Shown here one piece after another: positions 10,087-19,425 of a stretch of 64,000 nucleotides of DNA (position 1 is the stretch's first letter; each line of letters starts with the position of its first letter). Below the pieces are notes generated by a model, which was given only the letters and a program-made list of their open reading frames with translations, was not told where the DNA came from and ran no database searches. Where the stretch lies: positions 6,917 to 70,916 of the forward strand of contig JAIPGP010000003.1 in the NCBI GenBank assembly GCA_021735645.1, in the 5' to 3' direction. A program made the translations under genes and the position numbers. Source of the DNA: Candidatus Cloacimonadota bacterium (lineage in GTDB: Bacteria; Cloacimonadota; Cloacimonadia; Cloacimonadales; TCS61).

Positions 10087-10904
10087 TGCGTATCTCCACC
10101 TGTTAAATATTTTATTTCTATATCAAAATTCAGCTCAATATCTTTCATTATCTCCTGATATTCATCATCTTGTTTCTCTTTTAGCAATTCTGTCCGTAAA
10201 CTCTCCTTCAATTCTGCATAATTCTTTTCAATGCTTGCTTCTCGCTTCTCATACCAGCGAAGCAGGTAATATTTATCCGCTATCTGCACAGATTTCCACC
10301 TGTACTGCTCTAATCCCTCCAAAGTATTCCACACTTCTGCTTCCATATCACCCTTGGAAGCAAATCCCATATATCCTCCAGTGCTGCCTTCACTGGTCTC
10401 TGAATAATCCTTGGCAACTTCTTTAAATTTCTTCTCACTTTTCAATTCTTCTATTGCTGCTCTAAAAGCTGTCTCATCACTTATCACTATCCGCTGATAT
10501 TTATACTCCCTGATCTCTTTCAAATACTCCCGCTTATGAAGCTGATAATAATTAAATAACTCTTCTTCTGTTATTTTAATATTATTTAAATGATTAGCTA
10601 TCACTGTGTTTGCCTTGATCTTTTTCACGGCACTATTTATGCGTGCTCTTATCACACCTACTTCTGATAGCTTCTCCATATCGCATTTCTGAGCTAAAGC
10701 AGTCAAATTTACCCATTCCTGCAAATGCTGTTCTTTTTCTTTCCTGCTCATTTCCTGCCATTCATCTTCGCTAAAAGAGGCTTCAAATTCTTCCTGGCTC
10801 AAGGTTTCTTCATTCACTTTTGCCAGATATTCACGCTCCTCCAGCTTCCGCTCACAGCCCGGCAAAAGTACCAGAAATAATAATATAAATATCAAGCTTT
10901 TCAT
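10083..10904 (-). CDS. PPIC-type peptidyl-prolyl isomerase lipoprotein (PrsA/PpiD-like)
   Basis: Lipobox LLPGC. One parvulin-like segment, FKEVAKDYSETSEGSTGGYMGFASKG. Confidence 0.65.
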   Translation of the reverse strand: MKSLIFILLFLVLLPGCERKLEEREYLAKVNEETLSQEEFEASFSEDEWQEMSRKEKEQHLQEWVNLTALAQKCDMEKLSEVGVIRARINSAVKKIKANTVIANHLNNIKITEEELFNYYQLHKREYLKEIREYKYQRIVISDETAFRAAIEELKSEKKFKEVAKDYSETSEGSTGGYMGFASKGDMEAEVWNTLEGLEQYRWKSVQIADKYYLLRWYEKREASIEKNYAELKESLRTELLKEKQDDEYQEIMKDIELNFDIEIKYLTGGDTQ

Positions 10905-12209
10905 CTATGGCTCCAGAGGCAAAGTATAATATATCTCCAAAAATGGTCCCTTTTCAATATCTTCGGTCGAACTATAAAATTTTACATAAGAAAAATCACG
11001 ATTCTCACGCAATGACCGTATCACCAACCCTACACCACTTAATCCATCATTAGTTGTAGTTATTGCCTGCAACTCTTTGGTTATTCCAATTTTGTAAATT
11101 AAATCATCTCCCACGCTCGATAAACTGTCCTGAGTAATCTTAACTCCAGATACCAGTTCATAATCATCTTCATATACAGGTATCTCATTATCGGCAGGAA
11201 ATACAGAATGCTTCAATAATGCCGGCTGAGTATAAATATAGTTGTTACTGCTATAATAATCTTCTTTGGCATGAAGAACCAGAAATGCTCTATTAATTGT
11301 CATATTATTGTATTGAAAACTGTCTATGACCACATTTCCCAGACTGTCAGCAAAATCTGCCAATCCCAGACTTATTTCCAGATACATCTTCACAGGACTA
11401 ATATTCTGCAGCAGTAATTCATCATCATATACTTCATAATATTCCAGACTGCTGTTATCTCCGCCAACACAACTAAAAAGATTTGCATCATTTATTGTAC
11501 TGCTCACCCACTCGGTATATACACTGTCCTCTAAATTATTTTTATAATTAAAATTCAATTTAGGCTGCAAAGCTGCATCATTCTCATATGAATAATATTC
11601 AATAAAATCACTGCTGCTCTGGTCAGGGTCTGCCCGTTGTATATAAATGCCATAATTCACTGCCAGTGTATCTGCCTGAAAAATCCCCCTTTCCAGATGA
11701 TAAAACAGCTCTAATGGTAAAGATATTTCCAAAGTATCATAATTACTGTATTCTCCAGATATATCAAAACTGCCATATTCCTCTACAAAATGACTCTCCC
11801 AATCTGTACTGTCAGTAGCTGTCTTATAACTTACTTCATCTTCATCCCATGTCTGCAGTACTCTGCCATAATTATATATTCCTGACTCACTGCCAGTCTG
11901 TTTGCTTACCACTAAACTTAAAATTAACTCAGATTCTTCTATTTCTGCCACTGAATCCGGTAAACTGACTATGTCTAAGAGAAGCATCGTCTCATAAATG
12001 CCCCGATTACCAATAGTGAGTTTGGAAGAATTTACATAATGATTTACACTGTCTTCATAACTATATACTTTTGAAATATTGGCTGTACCTGTTTTCAGGT
12101 ATTGGGGCTCTCCTACGGTATTATAACCTACTGAATTTATCCTGTCTGTACAACCCATCAGAAATAACATTATCATGAATATCATGATTCCCCATTTACA
12201 CTTCATATT
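10905..12209 (-). CDS. Hypothetical lipoprotein
   Basis: The track ORF runs to 12290, but the internal Met at 12209 gives a clean lipoprotein signal (MKCKWGIMIFMIMLFLMGC). No recognisable domain. Last gene of the PPIase run. Confidence 0.55.
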   Translation of the reverse strand, partial: NMKCKWGIMIFMIMLFLMGCTDRINSVGYNTVGEPQYLKTGTANISKVYSYEDSVNHYVNSSKLTIGNRGIYETMLLLDIVSLPDSVAEIEESELILSLVVSKQTGSESGIYNYGRVLQTWDEDEVSYKTATDSTDWESHFVEEYGSFDISGEYSNYDTLEISLPLELFYHLERGIFQADTLAVNYGIYIQRADPDQSSSDFIEYYSYENDAALQPKLNFNYKNNLEDSVYTEWVSSTINDANLFSCVGGDNSSLEYYEVYDDELLLQNISPVKMYLEISLGLADFADSLGNVVIDSFQYNNMTINRAFLVLHAKEDYYSSNNYIYTQPALLKHSVFPADNEIPVYEDDYELVSGVKITQDSLSSVGDDLIYKIGITKELQAITTTNDGLSGVGLVIRSLRENRDFSYVKFYSSTEDIEKGPFLEIYYTLPLEP

Positions 12210-12361
12210 TACTCCTATTAATATACTTAAATTATTATAGTAGTTATAGTAGATTAGGTGAATTAGTGGAAAACTGCCTATTTCCTGCACTCAATCTACT
12301 ACTTTTCCACTCTTTGGACACATTATTTATTGGTGGACAAACTGTGCATAAACTCACTATT

Positions 12362-12445
12362 TTATCCACCGCTATCCACAAATTCTGCACTGAATACCAT
12401 TTTTTAGACTTATCAACATTTATCAACATATATTCTTGTGGATAT
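12362..12445. promoter_or_regulatory. DnaA-box cluster downstream of dnaA
   Basis: TTATCCACC 12362-12370, CTATCCACA 12372-12380 and TGTGGATAT 12437-12445 (reverse orientation), in the non-coding gap next to the dnaA stop. Confidence 0.65.
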
Positions 12446-12453
12446 GTGAATAA

Positions 12454-13806
12454 CTAATTTTTGATTTCTTCCATCAGCTGCTCAACCTGTTGCTTAACTT
12501 CTATATTATCAGTAAGTTGACTCTTTATTAGCTTGATGGCGTGGATCACTGTAGTATGATCTTTTAACTTATAATAATTTGCTATTTCCTTTAACGATAA
12601 TGAGGGTATAAATAAATTGGATAAATACATTGCTACCTGACGCGGAAAGGCTATCTCCCGCTTACGGGTTTTCATAAATATCACTTCATTGCGAAGATTA
12701 TAAATATTGCAGACCCGCTTTCGCACCAGGTCAAGAGTTACCCGTGAATTATTCGGAGAAAACATATCCCGCAAAATGTCTTTTGCCAGTTCTATCGTGA
12801 TTTCTTCAGTTTTGATCCCCTTATAGCCTATCCAGGCTTGAATCTTCACCAGTGAACCTTCCAGTGCCCGCACATTTGAGGTGATATTCTCTGCTATATA
12901 CTGCAATACAGGCTCATTTAAATATATATTATCACGCTCCGCCTTTTTCTTTAATATTGCTACCCGCGTCTCAAAATTTGGCTGCTTCAAATCAGTCAGT
13001 AAGCCCCACTCAAAACGCGAAATCAAACGTTGCTCCAGCTCAGGTATATCCCGTGGCAAACGGTCACTAGTCAATATTATCTGCTTGCCATTCTCATATA
13101 AGGCATTAAAAGTATGAAAAAATTCTTCCTGAGTTCCTTCCCGTTTGGATAAAAACTGTATGTCATCAATCAGTAAAACATCAAAATAGCGGTATTTATT
13201 CCTGAACTTATCCATTGTATTACTGCGGATACCTTCTATCATATTATTGGTGAATTGCTCCGTCGTTATATAATATACTTTCTTGTTCTCATGCAGATCA
13301 AGTACCATATGACCTATTGCCTGCATCAAATGCGTTTTACCCATACCGGAATTGCCATAGATAAATAATGGATTGTAGGTGTTGCCAGGTGATTCTGCCA
13401 CTGCTTCGGCAGCCGAACAGGCAAATCGATTATTACCTCCAACCACGAAATCCTTGAATTTGTAATTCTGATTTAACTGCGGATACTGCTCCAGAGACAC
13501 TGACGACTTCCCGGTAAATGACTCATCTCTGGTTGCTTCCGGTTTTGCATAATTTACACTATTGACAAATTTTACTTTGTAGCGCTGGTCGAATAATGTA
13601 TTGCAAATCTCAGAAATTATCAGGCAATAATTCTTATTTAAGTATTGGGCAATAAATTGCGTTGGTACATGAACTGTCATCTCATCATTTTCAAATTCTC
13701 TGATCTTCGTCTCTTGAAACCAGGTGCGGTAAGTCTGCTCATTTACATGCTCCTGCAATACTCCCAATACCTGACTCCATACTCTCTCTTTACTGTGCAT
13801 TTTCAC
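12454..13806 (-). CDS. dnaA: Chromosomal replication initiator protein DnaA
   Basis: 450 aa. AAA+ Walker A GNSGMGKTHL, Walker B LLIDDIQF, and a C-terminal DNA-binding domain (DHTTVIHA). Confidence 0.95.
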   Translation of the reverse strand: MKMHSKERVWSQVLGVLQEHVNEQTYRTWFQETKIREFENDEMTVHVPTQFIAQYLNKNYCLIISEICNTLFDQRYKVKFVNSVNYAKPEATRDESFTGKSSVSLEQYPQLNQNYKFKDFVVGGNNRFACSAAEAVAESPGNTYNPLFIYGNSGMGKTHLMQAIGHMVLDLHENKKVYYITTEQFTNNMIEGIRSNTMDKFRNKYRYFDVLLIDDIQFLSKREGTQEEFFHTFNALYENGKQIILTSDRLPRDIPELEQRLISRFEWGLLTDLKQPNFETRVAILKKKAERDNIYLNEPVLQYIAENITSNVRALEGSLVKIQAWIGYKGIKTEEITIELAKDILRDMFSPNNSRVTLDLVRKRVCNIYNLRNEVIFMKTRKREIAFPRQVAMYLSNLFIPSLSLKEIANYYKLKDHTTVIHAIKLIKSQLTDNIEVKQQVEQLMEEIKN

Positions 13807-14400
13807 CTTCGTATAATTTTTTTATCCACATTATACTTATCACAATGATATAGTTAAATCATTATGAAATAATAATATATATTAGATCGGAGAGTTATCC
13901 ACATCCTGCAAACTCTCTTGTGGATAACTTTGTAATACACCCATCTCACCTGTCAAATTGTGTTACCAATTTCTTATGTCAAGATAAGAAAATTTAGACT
14001 CTATTTTCACCTTTATCTTCTAATTAAATTACTAAATTGCTGATATATAATATGATAAATTATTTATTACCCCAGGCTGAAAACAGGATTATCGCACTTA
14101 ACTGCTGATATATAAAACCTTATAACTTATTAAGCAGCAATTTTGCCTTTTTGCTACTTAGACCTACTCAGTTAATTTTATAACTCTGTCTAAACTTTCT
14201 ATCATCCCATGCTTAACTCCTAAACAATAGTAATAATTTTTTCCTGTTAGAAAAATATTTTTTTTTTGTGATTTTCTCTTATTATCAGCAATAATAATTC
14301 ATTACCCAATTCTTCTTCTTCTTCCTTTTTTTTATCACTTGCCTAATTATTATATTTTTATGAAAATAGATGTGTGCTTTCTAACAAACCGAGATTTAAG
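13807..14400. other. Probable oriC core (DnaA boxes plus AT-rich unwinding region)
   Basis: Three perfect consensus boxes: TTATCCACA at 13822-13830 and 13895-13903, and TGTGGATAA at 13919-13927. These are followed by a very AT-rich stretch containing a duplicated 13-mer, TGCTGATATATAA, at 14038-14050 and 14103-14115. Gene-strand switch nearby. Confidence 0.7.
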
Positions 14401-14613
14401 ATATCCTTAATTGCCCTTTTTCAAATATTAATGAAAATTATTTCTTCAACTGATGGCACCCCGACTACTCAGAATTATAATAAGGTAAAATTATGCTTTA
14501 TTGTTCTGATTATTATGAACCTGAAATCTACTGGATATTAAAGCAGGCAATTATGTTAGATTAGCGACTCTGGGCAATAATATGGATAATGAACAATTAC
14601 CAGATAATATGAC

Positions 14614-14645
14614 AAAAAAAAGGCACTGATGGTAACATCAGTGCC
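14614..14645 (-). terminator. Rho-independent terminator of the 86-aa ORF
   Basis: Stem GGCACTGATG (14622-14631) / CATCAGTGCC (14636-14645), loop GTAA. An A8 run on the plus strand gives a U-tract on the minus-strand transcript. Confidence 0.75.
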
Positions 14646-14679
14646 TGCGAGATTAATCAGTTTTTCCTTTTTGCCGGAC

Positions 14680-14940
14680 TTATTCGTCTTCAGGAGGAAC
14701 TATATAATAATCTCCATCAATTTCTACGATTACATAACCGTCTTCTGTAACTGCGATAAATATGTATTCAGTATCCTCCAGACTTTCTAAAGAAAGTACA
14801 CCAATACATTGTGCAACCAGGTTTTTTATTTCCTGATCAGTTTTATTACTTGACGGATCATTACTTACAGATATTGTTGGTGCTGCCATGGCAGATAACG
14901 TGATAATAAGGGCTATAACTAAAGTTATGAGTTTTTTCAT
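14680..14940 (-). CDS. Small secreted protein, unknown function
   Basis: 86 aa with a signal peptide (MKKLITLVIALIITLSAMA) and an acidic C-terminus. Has its own terminator. Divergent from the ECF-like sigma gene. Confidence 0.6.
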   Translation of the reverse strand: MKKLITLVIALIITLSAMAAPTISVSNDPSSNKTDQEIKNLVAQCIGVLSLESLEDTEYIFIAVTEDGYVIVEIDGDYYIVPPEDE

Positions 14941-15064
14941 CTTGATCTCCTTGTCTTAATTTTTCTTCTCTCTATATATATAGTCCGGGAAAATAGCGAA
15001 GTGTGACAACACCACGCAATATTTTTTTATTTTTTATCACTTTTTTTTTTAAAAGGGGAAAAAA

Positions 15065-15997
15065 ATGGAATTTAATGAAGGATTTGTTCAGCAGCAATAT
15101 CAAGCAGCATATAATTATGCCCTGTATAAACTGGGGAATAGTAGTCAGGCAGAAGATGTTGCCGCCCAAACAGTTAACCTGTTTATTTTGAAGAGCGACA
15201 CCATAAATTCAGATAAATTTAATGCCTGGATTCGCTCTACCTGCCTAAATTACTGCCGGAAATATTATGATAATACAAAAAAGGAAAATTTTTTACAAAA
15301 AGGACTGCGTGAAAGCTTAATTAATTTTTTCGGGGTGGAGCATGATGGCAATTTAACTGAGAATTTCCGGCAATCCATGGAGAATCTGGATGAATTGGAA
15401 GCAAGGTCGCTGGTTCTTTACTTTAATTGCGGGCAGAATATCAAGAAAATGTCTGAAGTGACTGGTGAGAGTCATGTAAGTCTTAGAAAACGGATATCAC
15501 GCATAAAGATGAAATTGAAAGCCGAGACCTATAAAAATCTGGGTTATATTGCTACTAAGAAAATAATTGTTCCTAAACTGCATGAGGCAATTATCCAGTT
15601 TGTGCGCCGGCTGAAAAATAACATTGAAAATAATACTATTGATAAGATGTTTTATTACTTCTCAGAATCTAATACACAGAATTTTAATCCTGATTTTGAT
15701 ATTCAAAAGATCAAAGATTATGAAGTTATTCTCTGTGATGGTAAATATAAGATTTATCTTTTTTATTTGGATTCCCAGCAGCATATCAATAATATCATCT
15801 TTTCATTTTTCCTGAATGATAAAAATCAGTTGAAGATATCAGGACTGCCTAAAAAACAAAGAAAACTTGCTAAAATAACTAAGAGCACCGAGTCCGCCCG
15901 GGAATTATCATCTCTTTTAGAGAAATACCCCGAAAACCGCCAGGGACTGATCAAAATTCCCCAGGAGGTTATGCAGAAACTCACTGAGAGCGCCTGA
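15065..15997 (+). CDS. ECF-type sigma-70 family factor with ~150-aa C-terminal extension
   Basis: Region-2-like segment AEDVAAQTVNLFILKSD...FNAWIRSTCLNYCRKYY. Region-4 HTH LDELEARSLVLYFNCGQNIKKMSEVTGESHVSLRKRISRIKMKLK. Residues ~160-310 match nothing I recognise. Confidence 0.65.
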   Translation: MEFNEGFVQQQYQAAYNYALYKLGNSSQAEDVAAQTVNLFILKSDTINSDKFNAWIRSTCLNYCRKYYDNTKKENFLQKGLRESLINFFGVEHDGNLTENFRQSMENLDELEARSLVLYFNCGQNIKKMSEVTGESHVSLRKRISRIKMKLKAETYKNLGYIATKKIIVPKLHEAIIQFVRRLKNNIENNTIDKMFYYFSESNTQNFNPDFDIQKIKDYEVILCDGKYKIYLFYLDSQQHINNIIFSFFLNDKNQLKISGLPKKQRKLAKITKSTESARELSSLLEKYPENRQGLIKIPQEVMQKLTESA

Positions 15998-16260
15998 TAT
16001 AGAATTCACCTTTATTTTCAGGTGCGCTTAGAACCTTGGTATTTTAATATATGAGCGGTTTATCTGTAGAAATTATTTATTCATATAAGAATAAATAATA
16101 AAATTATTTACTTTACTTAATAATTGTCGATTTTTGTGACAAGTATATTTTCTATTTGCCGTTGAGGAAAACAAATGATAAACAGGAAAACGTTAGACAA
16201 AGAAAAAAGCTGTAACTACCAATAATAATTATTAAATATTAATTAATTTAAAAAAACTGT

Positions 16261-16288
16261 TTGACAATAGCAGATATAAATGTATTAT
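16261..16288 (+). promoter_or_regulatory. Sigma-70-like promoter candidate for the GNAT/racemase-like operon
   Basis: TTGACA 16261-16266, a 16-nt spacer, then TATTAT 16283-16288, about 65 nt upstream of the ATG at 16353. Confidence 0.45.
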
Positions 16289-16352
16289 TGACTTGAGTAT
16301 AGTGTTTAGGCAGTATAAAGAAATAAATAAGCAATTAAATAAAGGAGTGAAA

Positions 16353-16802
16353 ATGATAGAGTTTAAAATTATAAATTCTTATGCAGAATTCACGGCTGAA
16401 ATCAGTTCAGAAGAATTAATCGATTTTTTACATAAGCATCTGGATAAGTTTGGAGATAGTAAAGAAGCGATATCGGAATGTCTGGGATATGCCATGAGTT
16501 CTGGTGAAGCAAAGGGTGGATATGTTCTGCTGGCATTAGAGAAAGAGCTGATAGTGGGAGCAGTGATCATGATCAGTACAGGGATGAAGTATTATATACC
16601 GGAGTATTTTCTGGTTTATATCGCAGTTCATCGGGAATATAGGAATCAGGGACTTGGAGGAAAGTTAATATCCCGAATAATAGAGATGACAGATGGTGAT
16701 ATAGCCCTTCATGTGGAATATGAAAATCCGGCAAAGCGGTTATATGAGCGAGTGGGTTTTACATCCAAATACGCCGAGATGCGTTATCATAAGGAAGAAT
16801 GA
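16353..16802 (+). CDS. GNAT-family N-acetyltransferase
   Basis: The track ORF starts at a TTG (16293). The ATG at 16353 has an AAAGGAG RBS. Acetyl-CoA motif VHREYRNQGLGGKLI. Ends in an ATGA-type overlap with the next gene. Confidence 0.8.
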   Translation: MIEFKIINSYAEFTAEISSEELIDFLHKHLDKFGDSKEAISECLGYAMSSGEAKGGYVLLALEKELIVGAVIMISTGMKYYIPEYFLVYIAVHREYRNQGLGGKLISRIIEMTDGDIALHVEYENPAKRLYERVGFTSKYAEMRYHKEE

Positions 16803-17896
16803 TGGCTGAATTATATATAAACACCAAAACAATCCTGGAAAATATCAGGAAGCTGGATAATTATCTTAAGCAGAATGATATCAAATGGACACTGGTTTCT
16901 AAAATTCTAAGTGGTAACCGCGAAGTGCTGGAAATAATCCTTAATAGTCCTGACATCAAAAATTGTCATTCTATTGGTGATTCCCGTTTATCAAACCTGA
17001 AAGTGATCAAGTCGTTACGTCCTGAGATAGTAACAATGTACATAAAATTACCATCGATAACGAGTGCCCATTCTGTAGTGAAGTATGCCGATATTTCGCT
17101 GAATTCTTCTTATCATACGATAGAGGCATTAAATCGGGAGGCAGTAGCCCAAAACAAAATACACAAAGTGATTGTAATGGTAGAAATGGGAGAATTGCGT
17201 GAGGGGGTGATCCGCGATAAGCTGTTGAAATTTTATGGTAGTGTATTTGATCTATGTAATATTGAAATAATAGGTCTGGGTACAAATCTAGGGTGCATGT
17301 ATGGAGTGGAGCCCACCTATGATAAGCTGATTCAGTTATCACTTTACAAGCAGCTTTTAGAGATCAAATTTGACCGGACTTTAGAGCTAATATCCGGAGG
17401 AAGTTCGATCACTTTACCCTTGATCGGGAAAAAACGGATACCACCGAATGTAAACCATTTCAGAATAGGTGAAGCGGCATTTATGGGAAAATCACCGTTA
17501 AATAATCGTAAATTCCGAAATTTATCCACCAGTGCCTTTGAATTTAAAGCCAATATAATTGAAATGGAACTTAAGGAAGGGGTTCCTGATGGAATAATTG
17601 GCGAAGGCAATGTGGGGCATGCAGAAGAAATTGAGGAAACAGAAAATATATTGGAACAATATCGCATCATCCTTGATTTTGGGCTGGTGGATGTAGATAA
17701 TACTAATTTAAGAATCAAAGATGAGAAATTATCTTTTTCAGGCACAACTTCCGATATGACAGTGCTCAATTTCAATAAATCTGAGAAATCCACTCGGAAT
17801 ATATATAAACATGGGAAGAAGGTGGCATTTAAACCTGATTACATGGCAGTTGCCAGATTAATGAATTCCGGATTTATCACAAAAGTAGTAAAATAA
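16799..17896 (+). CDS. PLP-dependent alanine-racemase-fold protein (ornithine racemase / YhfX-like)
   Basis: 365 aa. The N-terminal TIM-barrel part has a candidate PLP lysine (WTLVSKILSG). Overall layout resembles the alanine racemase N-terminal domain family. Substrate unknown. Confidence 0.6.
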   Translation: MMAELYINTKTILENIRKLDNYLKQNDIKWTLVSKILSGNREVLEIILNSPDIKNCHSIGDSRLSNLKVIKSLRPEIVTMYIKLPSITSAHSVVKYADISLNSSYHTIEALNREAVAQNKIHKVIVMVEMGELREGVIRDKLLKFYGSVFDLCNIEIIGLGTNLGCMYGVEPTYDKLIQLSLYKQLLEIKFDRTLELISGGSSITLPLIGKKRIPPNVNHFRIGEAAFMGKSPLNNRKFRNLSTSAFEFKANIIEMELKEGVPDGIIGEGNVGHAEEIEETENILEQYRIILDFGLVDVDNTNLRIKDEKLSFSGTTSDMTVLNFNKSEKSTRNIYKHGKKVAFKPDYMAVARLMNSGFITKVVK

Positions 17897-17913
17897 ACCA
17901 GGGGAATGCAGGA

Positions 17914-17948
17914 TAAAAAAAAATAAGGGTGCAAAATGTTCTGCACCC
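17914..17948 (-). terminator. Rho-independent terminator of glnA
   Basis: Stem GGGTGCA (17927-17933) / TGCACCC (17942-17948). The A-run at 17914-17923 on the plus strand gives a U-tract on the minus transcript. Confidence 0.7.
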
Positions 17949-17973
17949 CGTATATATTTCAGTCAGCTAATGA

Positions 17974-19398
17974 TCAGACATTAAAATATAAGCCCATTTC
18001 CACTGGATTTGGTCTTGTGTTGACCTGAAATATCTCTTTTTTCTTTTCAGCGATCCAGCTATTAATTAGTTCTTCATTGAACACATCACCAGCCAGAAGA
18101 TAATCATGATCTTCTTTGAGTGCCTGCAGAGCTTCTTCCAGGCAGGAGGGTACATCGCGCAATTGAGATTGCTTCTCTGCGCTCCATTTAAATACGTTAT
18201 CATCAAATGGACCAAACCCATTTTCGGGAGTTGGCATTATCTTATTGCTGATACCATCCAAACCAGCCATGATCAAGGCACTGGTAGCCAGATAGGGATT
18301 ACAGGAAGCATCACCAGTTCTGAATTCTATCCGTTTGGTCTCTTCAGTTGTGGTATATTTGGGAATCCTGATAGCTGCGGAACGGTTTGCCAGTCCGAAA
18401 AATAATTTTGTGGGTGCTTCAAAACCCGGGAGAAGTCTTTTATAAGAATTTGTGCTGGCATTTGTAAAGGCAGTCAGCGATCTTCCGTGCTTGAGGATAC
18501 CTCCAATAAAATAGAGAGCATTATCAGAAAGGTCAGCATAATTACCTTTCTGGAAAAAGATATTTTTACCATTCTTGCGCAACTGGATATGGAAGTGCAT
18601 GCCATTTCCGGCTTCGTTATATAATGGTTTTGCCATCATAGTGGCAACGAGCCCGTTCTGGAGAGCGACTTCACGGATAATGTCCTTGATGAAAAGCATT
18701 TTATTGGTAATTGTCTTGAATTCAATCATTTCAGTTTCAATTTCCTGCTGCGAAGCCAGTCCCACTTCATGATGATGATAACGGACAGGGCAATCAATAG
18801 CTTCAATCAGATTAACCATTTCCTGGCGGATATCGGCATATTTATCAAAGGGTGTATCCATGTGATAACCTTTTCTGAGATCACAGGCAGTGCCATCATT
18901 ATCATCATAATCAGAAGGCAGGTTGCGTTTGGTTTCTGCAGAAGTGAATTCAAATCCGGCACTATAATCTTCGTTCTGGAAATATGCCTCATAAAAGAGA
19001 TAGAACTCAAATTCGGGTATCCAGTAAGATTCATCAGCAATGCCAGTGGATTTCATATATTCCATAGTGCGTTTTGCGACGCTGCGGGGGTCTTTTTTTA
19101 CTCCTATCCGCGTATCAGCATCACAAATATATGCCAGAATGCGTAATTGCTTATGCTCACTGAAGGGATCAATTATTGCCGTCTCAAGATCGGGCATAAG
19201 TACCATATCTCCAGCTTCCACTGCTTTCATGCCGGGAATACTGGAACCATCAAACGGGATTCCTTCCTGCATAACTGATTCCAGACTGCGGGGTGGAAAG
19301 GTGATATGATAACCGCTGCCTTTTAAATCAGTGTACTTCAGGTCAATTGCTACAATTTTCTGTTGCTCGATTAATTGGATAATTTCCTTTAAATCCAT
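17974..19398 (-). CDS. glnA: Glutamine synthetase, type I
   Basis: 474 aa. N-terminal beta-grasp (DLKGSGYHITFP), catalytic region (NGMHFHIQL, NASTNSYKRLLPGFEAP, NRSAAIRIP). Confidence 0.92.
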   Translation of the reverse strand: MDLKEIIQLIEQQKIVAIDLKYTDLKGSGYHITFPPRSLESVMQEGIPFDGSSIPGMKAVEAGDMVLMPDLETAIIDPFSEHKQLRILAYICDADTRIGVKKDPRSVAKRTMEYMKSTGIADESYWIPEFEFYLFYEAYFQNEDYSAGFEFTSAETKRNLPSDYDDNDGTACDLRKGYHMDTPFDKYADIRQEMVNLIEAIDCPVRYHHHEVGLASQQEIETEMIEFKTITNKMLFIKDIIREVALQNGLVATMMAKPLYNEAGNGMHFHIQLRKNGKNIFFQKGNYADLSDNALYFIGGILKHGRSLTAFTNASTNSYKRLLPGFEAPTKLFFGLANRSAAIRIPKYTTTEETKRIEFRTGDASCNPYLATSALIMAGLDGISNKIMPTPENGFGPFDDNVFKWSAEKQSQLRDVPSCLEEALQALKEDHDYLLAGDVFNEELINSWIAEKKKEIFQVNTRPNPVEMGLYFNV

Positions 19399-19425
19399 CT
19401 GTGTCTCCTAATATATTATTCGTTA

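Noticed and set aside
12244-12457. Two overlapping ~60-aa ORFs (both strands) between the lipoprotein gene and dnaA
   Set aside because: The region is better explained as a DnaA-box cluster. The ORFs have no RBS and their reading frames are made of the box repeats.
14431-14541. 36-codon plus-strand sORF (MKIISSTDGTPTTQNYNKVKLCFIVLIIMNLKSTGY) in the origin-proximal intergenic region
   Set aside because: It has no Shine-Dalgarno sequence and no promoter-like hexamers, and it lies in AT-rich sequence where random ORFs are expected.
15990-16027. Imperfect hairpin (GCGCCTGA ... TCAGGTGCGC) overlapping the sigma-factor stop codon
   Set aside because: The stem is bulged, the loop is 20 nt and no U-tract follows. 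It is too weak to annotate as a terminator.
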